A DNA stretch of 10,236 bases from a virus (Duplodnaviria; Heunggongvirae; Uroviricota; Caudoviricetes): the IMG/VR virus record IMGVR_UViG_3300024518_005076. One strand, given 5' to 3'. Position numbers and translations under genes: made by a program. The notes under the pieces were generated by a model that made no database searches, was not told the DNA's origin, and saw only the letters and a list, made by a program, of their open reading frames with translations. Of this stretch, positions 1 through 5,358 are shown piece after piece. Within the stretch, counting starts at the first letter, position 1. Every line of letters starts with the position of its first letter.

Positions 1-1
1 C

Positions 2-124
2 TTCAAATCCGCTCTCAGGAGAGCGTACGACTCTGGAGGAGAGAACACAGCCAAGGCCCTCAGGGACTTGGAGATGACCGGAAAACCAGACTATAAAGAT
101 CTCTTTGGAGGCATGTTCGGTTGA
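2..124 (+). CDS. C-terminal end of a hypothetical protein (5' partial)
   Basis: Open frame from position 2 (FKSALRRAYDSGGENTAKALRDLEMTGKPDYKDLFGGMFG*) ending at TGA 122-124, which overlaps the TTG start of the next gene (TTGA coupling). Confidence 0.6.
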   Translation, partial: FKSALRRAYDSGGENTAKALRDLEMTGKPDYKDLFGGMFG

Positions 125-852
125 TTTCCTTCAAGGATGTAACGGTCGTTGTGCTCAACTACAAACGGCCATGGAACGTAATGCGAATCTGTGATCATCT
201 CCTGAAAACTGGATTTGATGACATCATCGTGAGGGACCAATCTCCCCCGCTTGAGCATTTCGCATACCCTCTTGAACAGGTAATCCCGCCATCTGTGCGA
301 CTTGTACGTGAGGAAAACCTGCTCAATATGAGAACCTTGGGAAGGATGCTTGAGCTGGGGAAAACCAACAGAAAGTGGATTGCTACCCAGGATGATGACT
401 ATCAGGTCACTGATCTGGGCTGGCACAGACTCATGCACCAGAGATATGACGGAATTTGCTGTCAGCTACCCCGGACAAACATGAAGTTTGATCAGGCATA
501 CGAACTGCCTTTCGTGAACATCGGGTACGGCTCCATATTCCCTCGAAGCCTGGCTGCCAGATTCATTAAAGAGTGGTCAGAAAGCTACGGGGCAGCCGAC
601 CCATCCCTGATGCTTAAGGGAGATCGATGTTTCACTGCGTGGGCTGGAAAATGGCTTGCGATCCCGGCATATGACGATACCCTGAAGAAGCTCTGGAACC
701 CGGACGGAGAGCTTAGCGAAAACGACCCCAGTTCAATCAGCCTGACGGAAGAGCATTGGCCGGACACATGGAGAGCAGTGCTAAAAGCGAGGGAACTATC
801 CGCATCGAAGATCCCTGCGGGGCGAGAGTTCCCTACCTGTTCCAACAACTGA
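121..852 (+). CDS. GT-A fold glycosyltransferase (GT2/GT64-like)
   Basis: N-terminal 'VTVVVLNYKRPWNV' nucleotide-binding strand and 'IATQDDDY' DxD-type motif about 90 residues in; 243 aa; TTG start coupled to the upstream stop. Confidence 0.7.
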   Translation: MISFKDVTVVVLNYKRPWNVMRICDHLLKTGFDDIIVRDQSPPLEHFAYPLEQVIPPSVRLVREENLLNMRTLGRMLELGKTNRKWIATQDDDYQVTDLGWHRLMHQRYDGICCQLPRTNMKFDQAYELPFVNIGYGSIFPRSLAARFIKEWSESYGAADPSLMLKGDRCFTAWAGKWLAIPAYDDTLKKLWNPDGELSENDPSSISLTEEHWPDTWRAVLKARELSASKIPAGREFPTCSNN

Positions 853-872
853 GCCACAGAGAGTTCTGGCTC

Positions 873-1013
873 ATGAACCGGTACAGCAAAGAGACGTACG
901 ACATCGACATTATTTCAAGGACTTGCACATGCGGTAATTTCGTCTGGGTACGGGACGGAGAAGATCCGCATGGTTGTAAGCACGTAAGAGCTTTAAGAAA
1001 GGCATTCAAGTGA
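873..1013 (+). CDS. SWIM-type zinc finger protein
   Basis: 'YDIDIISRTCTCGNF...GCKH' matches CxC-xn-CxH. The start is uncertain: ATG 873 (no overlap) or ATG 768/TTG 756 (overlapping the GT gene). Confidence 0.65.
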   Translation: MNRYSKETYDIDIISRTCTCGNFVWVRDGEDPHGCKHVRALRKAFK

Positions 1014-1384
1014 TTGGATCAGACACAAGTTTGTTCGTTGTAACTGGAGTTATCTGTCAGGCCACAGAGACCTACGACACGAACTCCGGAAAGCCCAAAT
1101 CGAAGATCTTTGTGAAGGCAAAGAAGGAGTGGAACGGTGGCGGGTTTGAATCTGTGATTCCGATCACAGTGGATGACAAGGTGGTCTCTCAGCAGACACT
1201 GGCCAATATCCGACTCGGAACCAGGATTCAGGCGTCCGGATATCTGTCCTCGTTCGAGAAAGAGGGCACCAATGGCACGTTCTACAACTTGGCCCTGAGC
1301 GGTCAGAACGTGGCAGTTCTCAATGATGAGCCAGAGCAGGTTCCAGTCGGTGCAGCTGCTGGCGGGGATGACGTGCCATTTTGA
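1010..1384 (+). CDS. ssb: Single-stranded DNA-binding protein
   Basis: 124 aa OB-fold-sized protein with a 'GTRIQASGYL' strand and the acidic C-terminal SSB tail 'GGDDVPF'; GTGA overlap with the upstream stop. Confidence 0.85.
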   Translation: MIGSDTSLFVVTGVICQATETYDTNSGKPKSKIFVKAKKEWNGGGFESVIPITVDDKVVSQQTLANIRLGTRIQASGYLSSFEKEGTNGTFYNLALSGQNVAVLNDEPEQVPVGAAAGGDDVPF

Positions 1385-1620
1385 GAACCACAACCGAGAC
1401 GACAACAAAGATACACCTCGGGCGAGAAGAGATTGCCGATATGCTTTCTAAGTACCTTATCGGTAACAACTTCGGAACAATTCAGCCCGAGGACATCGTT
1501 GGTGCATCCTACGACCTGTTAGGGGAACTTGATTGCCTCACAGTGACGGTCAAGGGGGAGCCATGGAAACACCCGAACGGAGGAATATTGAGTGGAGAAC
1601 CTACACCTGACTCCGGTTGA
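1381..1620 (+). CDS. Hypothetical protein
   Basis: 79 aa; TTGA overlap with the ssb stop; co-oriented in the operon. Confidence 0.6.
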   Translation: MRTTTETTTKIHLGREEIADMLSKYLIGNNFGTIQPEDIVGASYDLLGELDCLTVTVKGEPWKHPNGGILSGEPTPDSG

Positions 1621-2071
1621 CGAGAATGGGATACCTCAATCTGTTTTTGATGAGTTCAGCACAGGCGCCTCACAGCACATGCTGGACTTAGACCTGACTA
1701 GACCGATCTTCTTCGATGCTCCGTGCTGTGCTGTCGTCATGGAGTTCGAGGACCCAGAGATGACAGATAACATCTGTGCGGGTGAGTTTCCGGTCTACTG
1801 CAACACCGAGCGGGGATTTGCCCTGTGGTACATGAACTTCAAATCTGCGAAGGACTTGCTCATGAACCACATCCCCGCTGGGATCGTACTGAACATCAAG
1901 GGGCAGATGCGAGCCAGGGTCACAAGCTCCGGAAAAGTGCCGTTCCCGCCCGATTTCGGGTTTGACTGGCTTGTCGAGAAGGCAATCCCGTACTTCACGG
2001 CTGCCGAACTGATGGCAAAAACTGCCATATTCGGAGAGCACAGAATTGCCCTGAACCTCAAAAGACAATGA
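1592..2071 (+). CDS. Hypothetical protein
   Basis: 159 aa ORF with GTG start preceded by a GGAGG-like AGGAA; its stop overlaps the next ATG (ATGA). No family recognised. Confidence 0.65.
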   Translation: MENLHLTPVDENGIPQSVFDEFSTGASQHMLDLDLTRPIFFDAPCCAVVMEFEDPEMTDNICAGEFPVYCNTERGFALWYMNFKSAKDLLMNHIPAGIVLNIKGQMRARVTSSGKVPFPPDFGFDWLVEKAIPYFTAAELMAKTAIFGEHRIALNLKRQ

Positions 2072-2415
2072 CGGTAGAATTGTGGGAAAAGGAGACCGCA
2101 ATGAACGCCGTCATGGTAACACCCGAGACGCTAGAGCCGATCTGCCAAGCCGCACTGGTAATCCTGAAGAATGAGGACGACCGTCGACTTCAGGCTCTCA
2201 AGAAGGATCACGCACTGCGTAAGGTCTGGTGGTTCCAAGGGAAACCGAAATTCAGCTACTGCGACCTGAGCAGTACAGAGAAGTGCTGGCTGGAAGAGAA
2301 TGCCGATCTTGCCAATGAAATCGAGTCCCTGCTTTCATCCTGTTCCGATGCAGAGAAGATCCTCGTGGATTCTGAGCTGTGGCGGAAAATGCAACAAATG
2401 ATCACTGGAGAATAA
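2068..2415 (+). CDS. Hypothetical protein
   Basis: 115 aa, helical-looking composition, ATGA coupling to the upstream gene. Confidence 0.65.
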   Translation: MTVELWEKETAMNAVMVTPETLEPICQAALVILKNEDDRRLQALKKDHALRKVWWFQGKPKFSYCDLSSTEKCWLEENADLANEIESLLSSCSDAEKILVDSELWRKMQQMITGE

Positions 2416-2417
2416 AC

Positions 2418-2750
2418 ATGACCACGCTGATTCCCGACACGTAGGTACAACACCTTTACATCCTGGTTCGGACGGACCTGTCCAAGTCTCAGCAGGCCGT
2501 CCAGGCAGCCCATGCCGGAATGGAGTCTGCCCGCAAATTCAGAACAGAAGAACATCCACACCTTGTATTGTGTGGCGTGAAATCAGAATCAGAACTGCTC
2601 TCAGCCGCCTCTCGTCTGCAGTCCATGGGAATCGATTATGTCGAATTCCGCGAACCGGACATCGGAAACCAGCTAACTGCTGTGGGAACGAAACCGATTC
2701 ATGGGAACAGAAGGAAATATCTTCGTAAATTCAAACTATTGGACCTCTGA
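2418..2750 (+). CDS. Peptidyl-tRNA hydrolase 2 (Pth2)-like protein with in-frame TAG at 2442-2444 (predicted readthrough)
   Basis: SD GGAGA 2407-2411, ATG 2418, then MTTLIPDT*(TAG)[29 protein letters not shown]...[46 protein letters not shown]...LRKFKLLDL. This follows the Pth2 pattern (YxxvRxDL, xQxxHA, vLxvxsexeL, T-A-v-g-x-x-P, lxxlkLL). 110 codons including the TAG. Confidence 0.8.
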
Positions 2751-2815
2751 CAACACACAGAGCAACGCAGTGAGACCGAAAGGGACATTTCCTAACAATA
2801 CAGAAAGGCCAAATT

Positions 2816-3319
2816 ATGAGCACTGCAACACCAACTACCGACCAGTCCGTTGTAACCGAGAGCAGAAGTCCCACAGACCATCTCCAGTCTCGATGGGGCC
2901 ACCACCCTTGCAGCTACGAGACCTACAAGAAGCTGAAGGACCTGAATAAGGTCTACATCAGGGAGCGGAATTACTTCCATGCCCTGTGTCGCCAGCTTGT
3001 GAAGGCACCCAGACACAGGACTGTGGCAGCAAACTGCGTGTCCACGGCAATGAATCTGCCCGGACCATTCATCACGCAATACAGAGAGAACGAGCGGGGC
3101 ACTAATGGATGGGGTGGGCACTGGTGGTACAGGTCTATGCCTTCAACCATCAGATACGAGAACGGGTACACAAAGAGGTATCCCGCCAAGTTTGACAACC
3201 AGGGCATTCCGATGCTTTACAGGCTGGCCAAGTACCCTAAAGCTGTCCCGTTTCCCATTCCCTTCAATCAGTCGATCTTGGATAAGATCGACTCTCTTCA
3301 CAGAAAGCTCTGTAATTAA
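2816..3319 (+). CDS. Hypothetical protein
   Basis: 167 aa; SD-like GAAAGG upstream; distinctive 'SRWGHHPCSYETYKKLK' segment; no function recognised. Confidence 0.7.
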   Translation: MSTATPTTDQSVVTESRSPTDHLQSRWGHHPCSYETYKKLKDLNKVYIRERNYFHALCRQLVKAPRHRTVAANCVSTAMNLPGPFITQYRENERGTNGWGGHWWYRSMPSTIRYENGYTKRYPAKFDNQGIPMLYRLAKYPKAVPFPIPFNQSILDKIDSLHRKLCN

Positions 3320-3334
3320 GCAACAGGAGAACAC

Positions 3335-3622
3335 ATGACACAAACGCAGCAGGCTCGTGGCGTCAAAACCAGCATCAGAACTGACGACAGTGGCAGGACT
3401 TACGTGAATTATCGCGGTACGGATTTTGTCTCGTTTGACGCAAACACGATCACATTGAGATCTGGAGGATGGCTGACGGCAACTACGAAGACCCGGATGA
3501 ACCAGGCGTCAAACCAGTTCGATCTGGGCTATTCCGTGTTCCAGAAGAACTTCGAGTGGTTCGTAAGGCTTGAGGGGAGGAACCTGGAGTTCGTTGACGG
3601 GATGACCATAGTCCGCCCGTAA
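3335..3622 (+). CDS. Conserved phage hypothetical protein (GGWxTxTTKxRxNQ motif)
   Basis: SD CAGGAG upstream. 'ITLRSGGWLTATTKTRMNQ...VFQKNFEWFV' is a pattern I recognise from small phage proteins of unknown function. Confidence 0.75.
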   Translation: MTQTQQARGVKTSIRTDDSGRTYVNYRGTDFVSFDANTITLRSGGWLTATTKTRMNQASNQFDLGYSVFQKNFEWFVRLEGRNLEFVDGMTIVRP

Positions 3623-3628
3623 CGAAAG

Positions 3629-3698
3629 GCCCGCGTAGTGTTAATCAACACGCAAGTCTCTAAAACTTGAAATCTGGGTTAAAGTCCCAGCGCGGGCA
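3629..3698 (+). tRNA. Amber suppressor tRNA, anticodon CUA
   Basis: Acceptor GCCCGCG/CGCGGGC (7/7), T8A9, D stem GTGT/ACAC, anticodon stem CAAGT/ACTTG (5/5) with loop CT-CTA-AA (anticodon 3660-3662), 4-nt variable loop, T stem CTGGG/CCCAG with loop TTAAAGT, discriminator A, CCA not encoded. Confidence 0.88.
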
Positions 3699-3855
3699 AT
3701 CAATTACCGACCCGGACCCTGTTGCCGAATAATGCCGTGTCTCGACCGACTGCGCCCGTGTAACCGAAAAAAGCCCTTACCTTCCGCGTAGAAGAATGCC
3801 ACCGAGGGAACACTTACCGGAAAGCTCACCGTAACCGATCGCTACTGTTTTTCTC

Positions 3856-3883
3856 TTGACTAATCAGGATTCTCAAATAGGCT
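3856..3883 (+). promoter_or_regulatory. Sigma70-like promoter for the second tRNA block
   Basis: TTGACT (3856-3861), 16-nt spacer, TAGGCT (3878-3883), preceded by a T-rich UP-like tract; predicted start about 3890. Confidence 0.55.
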
Positions 3884-3890
3884 TTCATCT

Positions 3891-3949
3891 GCCGACCCTC
3901 AGGGGAACTTGGACTGGCCCGGTCTTGTGACTCTGGGGTGTCGGCTTTT
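3891..3949 (+). other. Rod-like hairpin leader followed by TTTT
   Basis: GCCGAC-CCTCAG pairs with CTGGGG-(T)-GTCGGC; inner GGACTG/CGGTCT stem; lies between the promoter and the tRNA-like gene at 3950. Confidence 0.5.
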
Positions 3950-4028
3950 CACCGGGTACGCCAATCGATCAGAGCGGCTCAGATTAAAATGAGTGGAAAT
4001 GGGGGTTCAAATCCCTCCCCGGTGTCCA
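3950..4028 (+). tRNA. Atypical tRNA-like gene with 8-nt anticodon loop (GATTAAAA); anticodon undetermined (UAA if U33 is kept)
   Basis: Acceptor CACCGGG/CCCGGTG, T73, encoded CCA (4026-4028), T arm GGGGG-TTCAAAT-CCCTC, anticodon stem GCTCA/TGAGT, weak D stem. Confidence 0.75.
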
Positions 4029-4104
4029 GAAGAGGTGGTGTAGCGGAAACACGCCGTCGTGATCGATCAGGGCGGAACCCGAGGTTCAAATCCTCGTCCC
4101 TTCA
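4029..4104 (+). tRNA. Atypical tRNA-like gene with 12-nt palindromic anticodon loop (no assignable anticodon)
   Basis: Acceptor GAAGAGG/TCCCTTC (one A-C mismatch), D stem GTGT/ACAC with GG in the loop, stem CCGTC/GGCGG around GTGATCGATCAG, T arm CGAGG-TTCAAAT-CCTCG. Starts 0 nt after the previous CCA. Confidence 0.75.
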
Positions 4105-4127
4105 TTAGCGCCAGCCTTGGCGCTAAT
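4104..4127 (+). other. Perfect 10-bp hairpin after the tRNA block
   Basis: ATTAGCGCCA-GCCT-TGGCGCTAAT; no U tract, so a processing/stabilising hairpin or operator rather than a classical terminator. Confidence 0.5.
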
Positions 4128-4238
4128 CAGAAACTTTGAGTTTGAGTGCCGTGCTGGTACTCACCCGGCCCTGTCGTGCGGAATCTCGGCCTCATCACCC
4201 GGAATTCCGACGCAGGGCCTTACTTTCAGGAGATAATC

Positions 4239-4409
4239 ATGTCAGGAAAAGAAACAAAGTTCCCGGTTTACTTCGACCCGGAAAGGCGACAGTTGTACTT
4301 CATCGAGTGGGATGAGACCGGAAATAGCGACATTCCCCATCGGATTTACATCCAGACGGAGAGGCCGGTGGTCAGCTCAGCATTGATGCCACCACCGGAC
4401 GAGAAGTAA
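4239..4409 (+). CDS. Small hypothetical protein (56 aa)
   Basis: SD CAGGAG then ATG 4239 (MSGKETKFPVYFDPERRQLYFIEWDE...). The track start at 4146 lies in hairpin sequence and lacks an SD. Confidence 0.65.
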   Translation: MSGKETKFPVYFDPERRQLYFIEWDETGNSDIPHRIYIQTERPVVSSALMPPPDEK

Positions 4410-4491
4410 GATGGTTGCCTCGTTCCTCGTAAGACCGGAGGTGATGTTATCTACGCCGGAAGAATCAAAGAAAAGGGTTGTTGAACCAGAG

Positions 4492-4520
4492 GCCAAGCCT
4501 CATCTGGGGCTTGGTTTTTT
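4492..4520 (+). terminator. Intrinsic terminator
   Basis: GCCAAGCCTC-ATCT-GGGGCTTGGT followed by a T run. Confidence 0.8.
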
Positions 4521-4540
4521 CAAACTCAGAGGGCAAAACT

Positions 4541-4918
4541 ATGACCAGACAGGAAACATTCAACAGAGTGGCGAAACACCTACTCACCCAAGGTAAGAGG
4601 TCCCTTGCCGTGTACCCCGGATCAGAGGATTATGGCCAGAAAGACTGTGCCTACCGAGGAGAGGGCGGTCTTTCGTGTGCTGTGGGATGCCTGATTCCGG
4701 ATGAAAGGTACAGACGGTCATGGGAGGGCCAAGGCGTGGAAAACGAAGATATCAAGGGGCTTTTGTGTGGCGAACTAGGCCACGACCTTAGATTGCTCCA
4801 AGATCTTCAGGGCGTTCACGATGAAACCAATCCGCTTGAGTGGCCGGAACACCTTGAAATAGTTGCGGAAGATAATGATTTAGAGTTCTCTGAAGAACTG
4901 GCTAGACTGCCAGCCTGA
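4541..4918 (+). CDS. Conserved phage hypothetical protein (CxYRG...CAVGCLI family)
   Basis: SD GAGGG then ATG 4541. The pattern 'QETFNRVAKHLLTQG...CAYRGEGGLSCAVGCLIPDERY...LQDLQGVHD...W' is typical of a small phage protein family; 125 aa. Confidence 0.75.
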   Translation: MTRQETFNRVAKHLLTQGKRSLAVYPGSEDYGQKDCAYRGEGGLSCAVGCLIPDERYRRSWEGQGVENEDIKGLLCGELGHDLRLLQDLQGVHDETNPLEWPEHLEIVAEDNDLEFSEELARLPA

Positions 4919-4936
4919 CTGTCCATTACTATCGTA

Positions 4937-5053
4937 TGGCCGGAATGGAGTAAGAGCCATTCAGGGGCCTTCCTAAAGTTGGTTGAACTTGGCACACAAA
5001 CATGTATGATTCAAACAGCTCACAAGAGGGATGGCTCTTACCCATTACGGCTA
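4937..5053 (+). ncRNA. Long rod RNA candidate: 24-bp closing stem, asymmetric bubble, 11-bp apical stem
   Basis: TGGCCG/CGGCTA + AATGG/CCATT + GTAAGAGCCATTC/GGATGGCTCTTAC; bubble 4963-4976 and 5021-5028; AGTTGGTTGAA/TTCAAACAGCT (10 of 11 pairs). The G-U pairs and bulges suggest selection at the RNA level. Confidence 0.55.
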
Positions 5054-5135
5054 CTCATCTCGGGGAGATGAAGCCTGCTCGACAAAGACTGGCGTGCCAA
5101 GCAGTCCAAGTCAGCCCTCGAATTCCCCGGCCCAT

Positions 5136-5176
5136 AAACCCAAGTTCTTCTCTTCGGAGAGGCGCTTGGGTTTTTT
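5136..5176 (+). terminator. Intrinsic terminator with cUUCGg tetraloop
   Basis: AAACCCAAG...TTCTC-TTCG-GAGAG...CTTGGGTTT followed by a T run. Confidence 0.75.
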
Positions 5177-5200
5177 CGTGCGCCAAGATTGGCGCTATCA

Positions 5201-5357
5201 GAACAGGAAGCCCACTTGGAAGTGGGAGCTACGGTCTCCAGATTTGCGACAGGACAAGGGCCATGAATGCTGAACTGCCACACCAAAGGCACATTCAGAC
5301 TACAAGGGTAAACGTCCGAGGCACTCTGGCATGCAGGTTCGAATCCTGCCCTGTTCA
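5201..5357 (+). ncRNA. 157-nt tRNA-like RNA with expanded D and anticodon domains
   Basis: Perfect acceptor GAACAGG (5201-5207)/CCTGTTC (5350-5356) + A, canonical T arm GCAGG-TTCGAAT-CCTGC, CCAGA (5238-5242)/TCTGG (5325-5329) stem enclosing 82 nt, 3-nt linker to the T arm. Confidence 0.7.
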
Positions 5358-5358
5358 A

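Noticed and set aside
2520-2750. Track ORF starting at ATG 2520 as the complete gene
   Set aside because: It removes the conserved first strand and QxxHA helix of the Pth2 fold and lacks an SD, whereas ATG 2418 has one.
91-3343. Minus-strand ORFs overlapping the left operon (e.g. 91-438, 1019-1408, 1688-2101, 2792-3121)
   Set aside because: They are antisense shadows of better-supported, translationally coupled + strand genes.
3629-3698. Pyrrolysine tRNA
   Set aside because: It shares the CUCUAAA loop and lacks GG/TTC, but has a 5-bp anticodon stem, two bases between the acceptor and D stems, and A73. No pyl genes are in the window.
3699-3780. HDV-like theta ribozyme after the suppressor tRNA
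   Set aside because: The trailer starts ATCAATT, not G, and I could not build the nested double pseudoknot. An RNArobo or Infernal search would be needed to exclude it fully.
4411-4596. 61-aa ORF and the 4478 start of the next gene
   Set aside because: Both run through a clear intrinsic terminator (4492-4520). The SD-supported start is ATG 4541.
5201-5357. tmRNA
   Set aside because: No G3-U70 alanine determinant, far too short, a D-position hairpin is present, and there is no plausible tag reading frame.
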